Positions 1-11,991 of a stretch of 64,000 bases of DNA are shown here, piece by piece (the first letter of the stretch is position 1; each line of letters begins with the position of its first letter). Origin of the DNA: Williopsis jadinii (Eukaryota); the NCBI GenBank assembly GCA_024346625.1, contig AP024664.1, positions 3,658,001 to 3,722,000 of the forward strand, in the 5' to 3' direction. The notes below the pieces were generated by a model. It searched no databases, had not been told where the DNA came from, and was given only the letters and a program-made list of their open reading frames with translations. The translations under genes were made by a program, and so were the position numbers.

Positions 1-208
1 CTTCTCCAACGACAACCAACAGCCCACAGACGGAGATGCAACGACATATAACGATTACATGGGTCATAGATTCGACATTAGCCAAATGATATAGCTATTT
101 CCTTGACACGCTTCATACATCTCTTACACATGCAGAATGACAATCAGTCATCCAAGTGTTTATTGTCTTCTCTTTCTTTATAGATATAAAAATTAATGAC
201 ACCCACTT

Positions 209-1219
209 TCATGCTTGGCCAATAGGACAGTTACGAAGGTATTCACACTTGTTTCTGAGGATTCTGACGCTCTTGAAGAAGATCTCCTCTGGTGACATTG
301 CACCTGTAGATTCAACGTTGAAGATGAAGTGATCTCTCTTTCTTCCCAGCTTCACTTTTCCTTTGAACTCATCATGGCGTAAGACTTCTCTTGAAACTGT
401 ATCTCTTCTTGCATCCTTCACGTATGCTTCACCTTTCTCATCTATACCAATAACACCCGTGGAGAAGCATTTTTGGAATTTCTTTGCATCTTCACCAGAA
501 ATAGGTTGTGTGATGTCAATTGTTGGAAGTAATCTATAGGAAGCTGTGGCAACAGGAGAGAATTTGGCATGGTCAGCACCGATACCCAAGACGCAGTGGA
601 TCTTTAAAGAGATCTCTTGACCAGGTCTAAGCTTTGCAAGGAGGATGTCTGGATCCGCAGGCACCACTGGTGATTTGAAAGTCTCCAATTGTGAACCTTG
701 AGGTTCAAATTTCAAATCACGGGCATAGACGTTGGAGTTTCTGTAGAGTTCCTTTGGGTCGGTGGTGTTTTTTGGAGCATGTGGGTTTCTTGTACATGAA
801 ATGTCAAGAGACATGACAACGGTGTTTGTATCAGTGAATCTGTTCTCCTCATCGACAGTTTGATCAACCCAGTTAAGGTTATCCGGATCAACTTTCAATG
901 GGATTAAACCTATTCTGTGTGCCAATACCTCATCTTGGATAACAGATGTGTTATTGAAGATGTAAACCTGTTCAGCAGCAACAGAAGGAACTTCGGAGAT
1001 CATGATACGACGGAACGCATTTGCTATAGAGGTGTCGATGTGGATCAAGTCAAAGTTTGCAGCTCTCTCAGTGACATAGGAGATCTTGATGTCAAAGCTA
1101 TTTTTGAACTTCTCGAGATTCCACGAGAAGTCTTCATCAGAGTTGTGGTAACCAGGGTAATCAGTTGACACGGTGTTGGTAACACGATCGTGCTCAATGT
1201 GGACAATGTTGTCAACCAT
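209..1219 (-). CDS. RPC40: RNA polymerase I/III shared subunit AC40
   Basis: 336-aa ORF with IANAFRRIMISEVP, IQDEVLAHRIGLIP, HAKFSPVATASYRL and HFIFNVESTG motifs. Confidence 0.97.
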   Translation of the reverse strand: MVDNIVHIEHDRVTNTVSTDYPGYHNSDEDFSWNLEKFKNSFDIKISYVTERAANFDLIHIDTSIANAFRRIMISEVPSVAAEQVYIFNNTSVIQDEVLAHRIGLIPLKVDPDNLNWVDQTVDEENRFTDTNTVVMSLDISCTRNPHAPKNTTDPKELYRNSNVYARDLKFEPQGSQLETFKSPVVPADPDILLAKLRPGQEISLKIHCVLGIGADHAKFSPVATASYRLLPTIDITQPISGEDAKKFQKCFSTGVIGIDEKGEAYVKDARRDTVSREVLRHDEFKGKVKLGRKRDHFIFNVESTGAMSPEEIFFKSVRILRNKCEYLRNCPIGQA

Positions 1220-1287
1220 CGTTTCTAACGGGATATGATATTAATGAGATAGTAGGATTGATACGCTGTGAGCAATCCTTTGAAATG

Positions 1288-1351
1288 AGAGATGAGCTGA
1301 ATATGAAGATGAGAAGAAGCAGGCTGAAAAAAAAAGTTTATAAAAATTTCA
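1288..1351. promoter_or_regulatory. PAC-like (GATGAG) and RRPE-like (AAAAATTTCA) ribosome-biogenesis motifs upstream of RPC40
   Basis: gagatgagctg, aagatgagaag and aaaaatttca lie 70-130 bp upstream of the ATG, as is typical for Ribi genes. Confidence 0.55.
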
Positions 1352-1775
1352 CTCCGAGGAAATGTCACATGACACGGCACGTGTGTCCCGGAAATCGCAC
1401 AAATCTATCCACACGGGCCTTATTATAGTGCATAGTTGCAATAAGATGAAGCGTTTGATGATCAGCTTCATCATACTCAGATGTTTACAATCGTGCTATC
1501 CATATCAGATCGATCCTCTGCTTCCAAAGGTATATATACATTGCAGCTAACCGAATACCACGGGGATCAAAACCACATTCTGTATATAACCAAAGGTGAG
1601 AGCCACATAGTGTACATAGATAGTACATCAGGCTAATCGATATGATCTCACAAGCACCCTCAGGTGGCACAATTGGTGTCCTCCATCATAGAAAAGTCGG
1701 TACAGTCGAATCATCAAGGCACACAGGAGGAAAGCTTTCAACATAAAAGATGCGTACAAGACAGTGGCTGAGATA

Positions 1776-1925
1776 AGATCATTGGGTATTCAAACTGTTC
1801 ATGAAGATGTGCCATTTGTACCTCTTTGAAAGTCCTGGAGACAGCAAAAAGGTAGTCATTTCTTTGGAAGAGCATGAACGGATTACTTGTATGTGTCTAT
1901 TGAGATGCGACAAAACACTTGATGA
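1776..1925 (-). ncRNA. Putative omegaRNA (scaffold 1925-1796 plus flanking guide) of element copy 1
   Basis: Homologous to the region overlapping and following the Fanzor stop codon in copy 2; stem GUGUUU/AGACAC; homology stops abruptly after TTCATGAACA. Confidence 0.5.
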
Positions 1926-2661
1926 TGTGATCTTCGAGGTTCAACTTAATGTTTCCAGTTATATTGATGTCACAATATATCTTCCACTAACAGTAGGGTG
2001 TATAGTGTTCCATTCGCACGTTGTGGTTAGTAGAATAGTTGATATGATAATGACAATGAGAATAATCTTAATAACAGCATAATTCAGAAACATAAGAGAT
2101 TAAGGGTTAAGTTCTAGGAACTTTAGCAAGAAGAAGCACAATGATTCAAGGCCACATTTTAAACCATTGTAGAGAAACACTCGAATCTTGAGCATTCATG
2201 TTTCATGTTGTTTTCACATCCTCTTTGGGATGTGATCACTGGAAAGTGTTATAGTAAATCACAGCTGATATAATTCAGTGATAAACCCGGAAATCGAGTC
2301 CGAAGGTCGAATATCACAATGGTAAAGACACACGCCTTCCAGCTGCGTGAAGGACGCGTGGTGAGCGGATGATCTATCACTGGCTCATGACGAGGAGAAC
2401 GTCTGGTCCCTTCCAGACAGAATGGTAGACAATACGAGCGAGATGAGGAGCTTGTCAAATGTCCATTCAGTGCTTCGTAAAACTTTCCCTTGGTAAGAAG
2501 CTTTAAATTTTTAGGCTTGAACTGCCCATATCGGACACTTTTGCTGTCATTTTGCTGTGTATTTTCGTGCCCTGACAGCAGTTCCACATTTGGCGTAAAA
2601 GTCTACAAAAGTCTACAAACGGAAGGACACCCTTTTGGGGCAACAGTTGTAACCCCTTTCA
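1796..2661 (-). mobile_element. Non-autonomous Fanzor2/IS607-TnpB-family element, copy 1 (coding region almost fully deleted, nested insertion)
   Basis: 1796-1927 aligns to 44538-44668 and 2324-2661 aligns to 44979-45317; terminal 2531-2654 vs 45184-45307 shows 10 mismatches in 124 nt with no gaps. Confidence 0.85.
1926..2318. mobile_element. Solo-LTR-like or MITE-like insertion (393 bp) nested in element copy 1
   Basis: TG...CA termini with imperfect inverted repeats TGTGATCTTCGAGGTTC / GAAGGTCGAATATCACA; AT-rich; absent from copy 2; TSD ambiguous (atga/atgg, or atg). Confidence 0.6.
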
Positions 2662-2742
2662 ACCTATCAATTCTTTACAAATTTGATAAGGATCAGGTCA
2701 AAGGAGAAACAACACAATCGATCGATTGCCATCAAGAGACCA

Positions 2743-3433
2743 ATGACTCACCAGTTTACATTTGAGTGGTATGTTTTTGTTGTGTTTTGTGACGGTTGAC
2801 GGGGATCAAGGCTAACGACTCTTTCCTGTTCTGCGGTTCTCCAGGCCATCGAATGGGTCCACAAGTTCTGTATACGTGACCGGAACCTTTGACAACTGGT
2901 CCAAGTCAACCAAATTGTCGCAGAGTTCCGACGGTAAGTTGCGAGCCACGGTGTCGTTCCCGCAGAGGGAGAAGGTGCTGTTCAAGTACGTTGTTGATGG
3001 ACAGTGGACCACCACGTCACAGTTCAAGGTGGAGAGGGACTCCACCACCGGGATAGAAAACAATGTTGTGTATCCAGAACAGCTCGTTGATCCGAGCGAC
3101 GTTGAAGACTATACGCTTCTTGGTCACAATAACTCGCACTCAGAAGCCGAGACAACAAGTTTCACCAACGTGAGCTATGGGGAGATGAGTCCCTTTGAGC
3201 AGTTTGACACAGACTGTGCGTTGGACTATGACGTTGATGACGACTATGACGTTGACGACCGTGACAACACGGACTTGAACTCGAGCGCCCAGGTGACGCT
3301 CTCTGGTGGTCTCAATTCGGTGACGCCTTCATCCACGCCCGTGAACCTCGTTAGCGTTGCTGATGGCGACCGCCAAGTGAGATACTACACCAGCATGTCA
3401 CTGTTGTCGAAGTTCACAAAGTACTTCAAATGA
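2743..3433 (+). CDS. AMPK1_CBM (CBM48) domain protein, CRP1/MDG1-like; exons 2743-2768 and 2845-3433
   Basis: Intron 2769-2844 (GTATGT...GCTAAC...CAG) restores MTHQFTFEWPSNGSTSSVYVTGTFDNWSKS...FKYVVDGQW...GIENNV. Confidence 0.85.
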
Positions 3434-3727
3434 GGGGCTTCAGCACACCGGTGGTGACGACCAGGACGACGACAAGCAGCAGATCAACACAATTCTTCAA
3501 CTTATGGATAAACAAATATGGCACAATCAAATCTGAGAACACACGAACATGGCGGTAAATGGCAAAAACTAGCTGGCTGGATTAATTATACGCTTCCTAG
3601 AAGGGAACTCACTTTTTTCTTTCTTTCTTTCTCTGTTTCTTCGTCGTCCTCTCCTCTTCCTCTTTCTTCCTTACGTTCCCTTCTGGTTTCAATATACGCA
3701 GAACATTCCTCTCACAGTAGACAACCC

Positions 3728-3916
3728 TCAGCTTCTTCTACCAACGAGCCCAATGCGTTCCTGCTTACTCTTCGGGTCCGCTTCCTGAGGCTCACACGAC
3801 ACATTCTGATTGGCTCCGGCTCGGGAGCTCGTGCTCGACACCGTCAGCTTCTCATCGTCGTAGCTGAGAACGTCTTCAGGCGTCAATTTGATGGTGGTTG
3901 GCTGGCGACGGAGCAT
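3728..3916 (-). CDS. CDC26: Anaphase-promoting complex subunit Cdc26
   Basis: 62-aa ORF starting MLRRQPTTIKLTPEDV, the conserved Cdc26 N-terminal motif. Confidence 0.8.
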   Translation of the reverse strand: MLRRQPTTIKLTPEDVLSYDDEKLTVSSTSSRAGANQNVSCEPQEADPKSKQERIGLVGRRS

Positions 3917-4112
3917 TGCTTTGTTTACCTGCCTGTCTGTTTGCGGTGGGAGGTAGAAGGGAAAGTTAGGCGGAAAAAAACGTCCACCGCCTACGCTGCA
4001 CAGGGTGGAAAATCACCAACCAGCGAGGGCAAAAAACCCACGCCCACTACGAGACATAAAGACTGCACAAGAGAGAGCGACAACGATCACCAATTGGAGA
4101 GACATTTCCAGC

Positions 4113-6452
<2,340 letters not shown>

Positions 6453-6489
6453 AGCGAATCAGCTGGAAGGTTGTATATAAACAAACACA

Positions 6490-7635
6490 TCAATGGTCTT
6501 GTAATTCCATAGTCCAATCGTAAGGTGTGAACATGTCGCTGAACTCATTGACCCTTGTGTCGGTGTTCTCCCATTTAGCTTGTTTCTTGATGATATACCA
6601 GTCAACCTTCAGCGCACCACCAAGAACTTGCCTTGCAAAGAGATCGCCAGATGGCCACGACTTGAGATCTTCCACTATGTGACCCATTCCACCATTAAGT
6701 GTGAACCAAACGTGGAAGTACGGAGCCTCTTTAGCAATGGAATGCCGGAACCCATCGGTGGAGTTCTTACCTTCTGTGTCTATGATTGGACTGTGCTGTT
6801 GTTCGAAGTCGTCCGCTTCCTCGAGTATCGCAGCCTTGAAGTATCCTCTGATACTCGAGGATAACGACATTGGGATTGGAACACACGTTATGGCAGCATG
6901 CTTGTTCTTGTTGACTGAGTTTTCATAAAACACAACAGCTTTGTTGAACCTTGTATAGTAGAATTTGGAAAGAGCAACCATGTACTGCTTAATCTCGTCC
7001 CACTCAGTCTCATCACAGTGCAGAGTATTTGGCAAGTGCCGCACAGGGACAATCATCGTGGTGAAGTCTGCAAGCTCAGGTTTTGGCGCCAAGGTGAGGT
7101 ATACCGTCTCGCCCATACTCACCATCTCACAGCAGTGTTCATTCTCAATACAGAGTTGGCACCTCTCCAGCGCATCAATCTGTTTCTTAGTCTGGTGATA
7201 ATCACCAGACCTGAGGTCAACATCACCACGCTTGATGTATTTCGATAGCTTGGAGGAGTTCTCCTCCTGGTACTCCAGGTCGTTTGAGTACTTCTTATCC
7301 TTCATGATGTTCTTCACGATGGAACTTTGCGTGCCGCCAGTGGTTCTCTCTTCACGCAGCATCTCTTCGATGGTCATATCGTCCTCAGTCTTTCTGCTCC
7401 GCTCACCTGTGCCAGTGCCCGTGCTTCTATCACTCTTTCTCTGCTCATTGAACCTCTGTGTATAGTCCTCGAGTCTACGTTCCAACCTCTCGACATCGCT
7501 AGACCCTCTCATCTTATTCCTCAGCACCCTCGCGCTGAGCTCGTTCAGTTCATCCTGTGTTATTTTCCTTGGAGGCCTCTCCCTGTAGTCTTTGGCTATC
7601 CTCTCGATCACGGGATCTCTGTCCCTTTGATCCAT
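6490..7635 (-). CDS. CWF19: Cwf19/CWF19L2-like splicing factor (CwfJ C-terminal domains)
   Basis: EDDMTIEEMLREE, CQLC, IVPVRH, VVFYE, YFKAAILEEAD, PYFHVWFTLNGGMGHIVED and PYDWT motifs; first ATG at 7635. Confidence 0.85.
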   Translation of the reverse strand: MDQRDRDPVIERIAKDYRERPPRKITQDELNELSARVLRNKMRGSSDVERLERRLEDYTQRFNEQRKSDRSTGTGTGERSRKTEDDMTIEEMLREERTTGGTQSSIVKNIMKDKKYSNDLEYQEENSSKLSKYIKRGDVDLRSGDYHQTKKQIDALERCQLCIENEHCCEMVSMGETVYLTLAPKPELADFTTMIVPVRHLPNTLHCDETEWDEIKQYMVALSKFYYTRFNKAVVFYENSVNKNKHAAITCVPIPMSLSSSIRGYFKAAILEEADDFEQQHSPIIDTEGKNSTDGFRHSIAKEAPYFHVWFTLNGGMGHIVEDLKSWPSGDLFARQVLGGALKVDWYIIKKQAKWENTDTRVNEFSDMFTPYDWTMELQDH

Positions 7636-7818
7636 CCTCGTAAGCACAGTCCTCTCTGTAGTTCTGTCTAGAGATTACTCCCCGTTGGTGACTGGAACCA
7701 CTTCCGCCTGCAAACGGTGTGAAAATTCCACTGGTGGGCTTGCGTCTGTGTGGATAAGCCCACAAAATTCCTCGTCCCCCTGCTGGCTCCGTCTAACCAC
7801 CACACGCTGAAGGGGCTA

Positions 7819-7878
7819 CACGGAGAGAGCTAGACGGAGAGCTAGACGGAGAGCTAGACAGAGAGCTGGACAGAGAGA
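7819..7878. repeat. 12-bp tandem repeat (AGACGGAGAGCT-like, about 4-5 units)
   Basis: acggagagagct agacggagagct agacggagagct agacagagagct ggacagagag. Confidence 0.85.
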
Positions 7879-7932
7879 ACTCACGGGCGTGTGCTAGCAA
7901 GAGAAAGAGACGGGGAGGAAGCCAGAAGAGCA

Positions 7933-8376
7933 ATGAGGTACTGGTGCAAGAGCTGCGAGATATTTGTCGATGATAACAGCATCTCAAGGAAACAGCATGA
8001 GGTTAGCACAAGACACAAGGATGGGCTGAGGAGACTTCTCGAGGAACAGCACCGGAAGAATAGAGCCAATTCGAATGGTCCTCGCACGTTTGCTAAGCAC
8101 GATGGGGGTCATGGAGCCGGTAGCAACGATTCTGTTGTGGAGGAAGACGACGTGGGCCAATGGGAAGAGGTTGAGCCCGAACCTACAGCTATACGAAGGG
8201 CACTGGGCTCACCGTTGAGGGACCCTGACGATGTGGAATGCCCTGGTGTAGCCACCACTGCAAAGGGGAACAAGTCGTGGGAGCCCACGACGAAGCAATT
8301 GGTGCTAGATAGTGACGAGGAGAAAGCCGATACCCAGAGTAAATCAACTTTTAAGAAGCGTAAGATACGAAAGTGA
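7933..8376 (+). CDS. U1-type (matrin) zinc-finger protein, WBP4/FBP21-like
   Basis: MRYWCKSCEIFVDDNSISRKQHEVSTRH (C2H2 U1-like finger); C-terminal FKKRK. Confidence 0.75.
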   Translation: MRYWCKSCEIFVDDNSISRKQHEVSTRHKDGLRRLLEEQHRKNRANSNGPRTFAKHDGGHGAGSNDSVVEEDDVGQWEEVEPEPTAIRRALGSPLRDPDDVECPGVATTAKGNKSWEPTTKQLVLDSDEEKADTQSKSTFKKRKIRK

Positions 8377-8510
8377 GGTACGCTACGCTTTTACATATAC
8401 ATAGAGAGATAATTCAACGACAAATCAACAAAAATAAGAACCCGTTAGTGCTGGTTTTCTTCTTCTTCCTCTTTTGATTACAATATATACATGATGGTTA
8501 TACTCCTGTT

Positions 8511-9746
8511 TCAATGGAACTCTCTAGAGCCTCCTCTAACGAATTCGAGCACTTTCCAGCCTTCGGTTTCCTTGTCATCAACGTTCTCAGCAATTCTTGT
8601 GAGGACCATGGCGTAGGAGCTCATCACGATGTTGGACTCAGTACCAGCAGCAATCTCACCGGTCTTGGCCTTTCTGTACAGCTGGATTTCTTGTGCTCTA
8701 CATCCAACAACTAACACTGGGATGTTTGATGGGAGCATCTTTGCACTGACAATCTCAACACCTCTGATATCCAAGATCTTGGAGTCAGAAAACAGCTCCT
8801 GATCACGGAACACCTTCTGCTGAGCAGCATACACGTTGAAAGGTGCCTCGGAGAACCATTGCTTCAACACTTTTTCATCACCTTTGACGTATGCTTCAAG
8901 GACTTCAGGAATGATGTATTCACGGAGTTGTTTGGTGAAATCTTCAGTGTTGAAAGATGGATCCAGCTGTCTAAACAATCTGACAACTTGGGCAGACTCT
9001 GTCTCTGCAAACACGCCGCCAATCTTCTCAAAGATCGTTCTGATTAGTACAATCAATGGGTTTTCAGATTCATCCCAGTACTTCAGCTTGAAGTCACTGG
9101 TGGCCTTTCCCACCGCAGTCTTTGTTTGGAAGTCTTCAATCTTCTTACCCAAGTTCAGACCGTCGCCAGTGGCCTTGTGCTCTGTTGCAACAAGCGCTGA
9201 GCCGGCATCTTCGCTTGCCTTCACAGCCTTTGGTCTCTTTCCCGATGCCAGTTCTCTCTCTCTTCTTGCCCTTCTCTCTTCCTTGGACTCAAACCCACCG
9301 TAGGATAGCGAAGAGCCATCGCTGAGGGACTCGCTCATGTCCTTGTAGATCTTTGTTTCTCTCACTGGTGCAATGACACTGTCAACACCTTCTGCAGTGC
9401 GCTCAAAGGTCTTTCTGGTGAACTTACCAGCCTTGGAGTCCCACACATCAACAGCAACTTTCTCGATAACCTCACCAGTGTCCTTCATGGTTCTGCTCAG
9501 AACAGTCGTGTGCTTCTGCGCATTCTTGTACGCCTCCCTGGCCTTCTTAAACGCATCGGACTCTCCCAGCTTACCAGTCTCATCGGAAAGAGCCTTGATG
9601 CCCTCTTGCAACTCTTTCGACTTCTTCCACTCTTGTCTAAACGTCTCCGTGAACACCTGGAGTGGCGACTTCGGCGGCGCGTTCTGGAGACGCAACGCCG
9701 TGTGGAATGCTCTTGCCAATGATGGTGTCTTTACGCTTCTGTACAT
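8511..9746 (-). CDS. TIM44: Mitochondrial import inner membrane translocase subunit Tim44
   Basis: Presequence; WDESENPLI, FAETESAQV, LREYIIPEVLEAYVKGD and TEGWKVLEFVRGG motifs. Confidence 0.96.
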   Translation of the reverse strand: MYRSVKTPSLARAFHTALRLQNAPPKSPLQVFTETFRQEWKKSKELQEGIKALSDETGKLGESDAFKKAREAYKNAQKHTTVLSRTMKDTGEVIEKVAVDVWDSKAGKFTRKTFERTAEGVDSVIAPVRETKIYKDMSESLSDGSSLSYGGFESKEERRARRERELASGKRPKAVKASEDAGSALVATEHKATGDGLNLGKKIEDFQTKTAVGKATSDFKLKYWDESENPLIVLIRTIFEKIGGVFAETESAQVVRLFRQLDPSFNTEDFTKQLREYIIPEVLEAYVKGDEKVLKQWFSEAPFNVYAAQQKVFRDQELFSDSKILDIRGVEIVSAKMLPSNIPVLVVGCRAQEIQLYRKAKTGEIAAGTESNIVMSSYAMVLTRIAENVDDKETEGWKVLEFVRGGSREFH

Positions 9747-10011
9747 CTCGTAGATACAGCCAGGCCGTGTCTGTTCCTCGCTCTGTGTGCGTGTGCTCGT
9801 TAATGATGACCAGGTGGGAGGTCTAAGCGGACGGAGAAGAAAAACTGTGCGTTCTCGACGATTTCACCACAACTTTTCACTTTTCACGCTTTTTTTCCCA
9901 GCTCCGGTGGGCACGCCCCGGTGGGAAAGCCGGGGAAGTCATCGGCCTACGATAAAATGGCAAGAGTTGATGGAAATGCTTCTTATGAGTGGCGATGTTT
10001 ATATACAAGGG

Positions 10012-11724
10012 TCATTCTTCAGAGAGCGACACGTTCTCGAGTGTTTTGCCCTTGGAGTAGTACTGCTCCTTGACCTCGTCGTTGAGCTGCTTCAAGTAGT
10101 TCTTGAGAGCCGATGCGATGGTGAAGAGGTGGTTTACTGCCACCACAGTAGCTCCTCCCAGTTGAGCCCATAAGAGGTGCTTGACTCTGGTATTCCCCTT
10201 GTAGTAGAGGAGATTGAGTATGAAGGTGGATGATCCTGACTTGTCTTGTAGATCCAGGTCCATGACCTGGACTGCAAGGAGAACAGCCACCGTTGGCAGC
10301 ACGACGTAGAGGTACTTCTTCAGCACTGGCTTCCATAGCCTTGTGTAGATGTCAGCAACGGCCTCGTCAAAGTTTGCAGTGACCATTCTCTTCATCTCCA
10401 TGAGTGGGATCTTGAAGACAGACAGCTCAAGGGCATAGTTGACGATGATCAGCGAAGAAGCCAGGTATGATGTCGAGCCTGTGGAATCAGGTAATGAGGT
10501 ACGGGGTATGTCAAACGCAAATGCATTGGTAAAGGTGAAATAGCCAGTCCAGAGAAAGAAAACCATCACAATCGATACAATGTTTTTCACGTTGTTCCAG
10601 AGCACTGCACGGTTAGCTCCAATGACTTGTATGATTCCCACCTGTCCTTGTTCAGCCTGTGTATATCTATGGATGATGTGGTTATCGTATACTCTCAGCA
10701 GGTTTGCCATTATCACGAGGCCTATCCCAATCGACTCAAGATCCAGTTTCATGTCCCTTAGGGACGTGGTGTTTGATCCAATGACTAAACTGACCACGGC
10801 AAAGAGCGGTCTGCCGATGACATTGGCTGCTATAATCACACCACAGATCAATATTAGTGAGAAGACCCACAGCATGAGGATGAAAACGATAACACGTACG
10901 CCAAACATCGGTGGTCTGTAAACAACTGTATATTGGTTTGTCGTTGTAACCTCATCCTCTGATTCGTCGAAATCGTCAAACTTTGGCTCCTCCTTGGGCA
11001 CGTTTCTCTTCAAAGGAACATCATCCTTAGTCACTGGCACGAATAGCTGACGCACGTACTTCCTTGAGACGGTATCGTGACGTGGAGCCCTGACGAAATA
11101 CCCATCTGGAACGAACACCGCTTGAACAGGGGTGGTTCTGAATGCCTCTGCTGCCTCAGAGTCGGTCTTTGGAGACGTGTAGTCTGCGGGAGCATTGATA
11201 AACCAAGCAATGAGGTTTCTATACCTTATATGACCCCTTTCCTTAGGGTCAGCTTTGCCCAGTATGAAGCTCGAGAGTCTCATCTGCGCACTGGCAGCAC
11301 CAAACGCCCTGAACCAATACTGTCTGACATACTTCTTGATGACTGCATCATCCTTCGATATGATGAAGATTTCAAGCGGCGTGAGGAACGATGACAGTAC
11401 AGTGACGTCCACAGGCAACATCTTCACGTTAAGCAAGCCCAGTCCACGAGTCAACGCACCAACCCCAATCAGGATGAAAAGCATGTAGACCAGTATGCTC
11501 AGAGCTATACGGCTTATTTGGAACCTGAAGGGCCTGACAAGCGCTTCGTGTAACAGCCTCGTATTCGGATCATCTGGTGACCTTATAAAGAACAGCACTC
11601 CAGGACGTAGGATGTACTGACGAACCATCCCAATGAAAAGGGCAAACAGACACATATACGTGGTCCCTATGCCCCAGTAGATCAGTGCATTGAAATAGAC
11701 CTCGGTGACAGCCACGGACTCCAT
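10012..11724 (-). CDS. SSM4: Doa10/Ssm4 C-terminal fragment (TM6 onward)
   Basis: YWGIGTTYM...ILRPGVLFFIRSPDDPN, RLSSFILGK, PDGYFVRAP, YTVVYRPPMF and the C-terminal element VKEQYYSKGKTLEN; own ATG with an in-frame stop 4 codons upstream. Confidence 0.92.
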   Translation of the reverse strand: MESVAVTEVYFNALIYWGIGTTYMCLFALFIGMVRQYILRPGVLFFIRSPDDPNTRLLHEALVRPFRFQISRIALSILVYMLFILIGVGALTRGLGLLNVKMLPVDVTVLSSFLTPLEIFIISKDDAVIKKYVRQYWFRAFGAASAQMRLSSFILGKADPKERGHIRYRNLIAWFINAPADYTSPKTDSEAAEAFRTTPVQAVFVPDGYFVRAPRHDTVSRKYVRQLFVPVTKDDVPLKRNVPKEEPKFDDFDESEDEVTTTNQYTVVYRPPMFGVRVIVFILMLWVFSLILICGVIIAANVIGRPLFAVVSLVIGSNTTSLRDMKLDLESIGIGLVIMANLLRVYDNHIIHRYTQAEQGQVGIIQVIGANRAVLWNNVKNIVSIVMVFFLWTGYFTFTNAFAFDIPRTSLPDSTGSTSYLASSLIIVNYALELSVFKIPLMEMKRMVTANFDEAVADIYTRLWKPVLKKYLYVVLPTVAVLLAVQVMDLDLQDKSGSSTFILNLLYYKGNTRVKHLLWAQLGGATVVAVNHLFTIASALKNYLKQLNDEVKEQYYSKGKTLENVSLSEE

Positions 11725-11991
11725 TACGCTCAGTTACTGGGTTCTTTTCCAGCGTTGATGATTTCTTCCCTGCCCTTCCTGGTCAACTGGGAACGGTTTC
11801 CTGCCTGGAGACGCCGCTGAGTTCCCACCTAGTTTTTTTTTTTTTCGGGGTCCCCGAGGCTACGTGGATGGCACAGCTTACAACGAACAATTGTAGAGGT
11901 ATTGGATATAGAATAGTGATTTAAACAGAGTAGAACAACTGATGGTGGTTGTATATTACGACTCTGTGTAGTAATAGGTCTAATTGGTATA

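Noticed and set aside
1547..1600. GGTTTTGATCCCC resembling a tRNA T-arm on the minus strand
   Set aside because: Lacks TTCG and no cloverleaf or A-box could be built.
1801..2082. Plus-strand ORFs 1801-2082 and 44524-44862 sharing ESPGDSKKVVISLEE, and 2490-2765 / 45113-45418 sharing KVYKSLQTEGH
   Set aside because: Antisense shadows of the repeated element ends; similarity stops at the DNA repeat boundaries, so they are not a protein family.
2249..2587. Minus-strand ORF in the element left end as a possible IS607 TnpA remnant
   Set aside because: No serine-recombinase motif (YARVS) in the minus-strand frames examined, and the frame is not conserved between copies.
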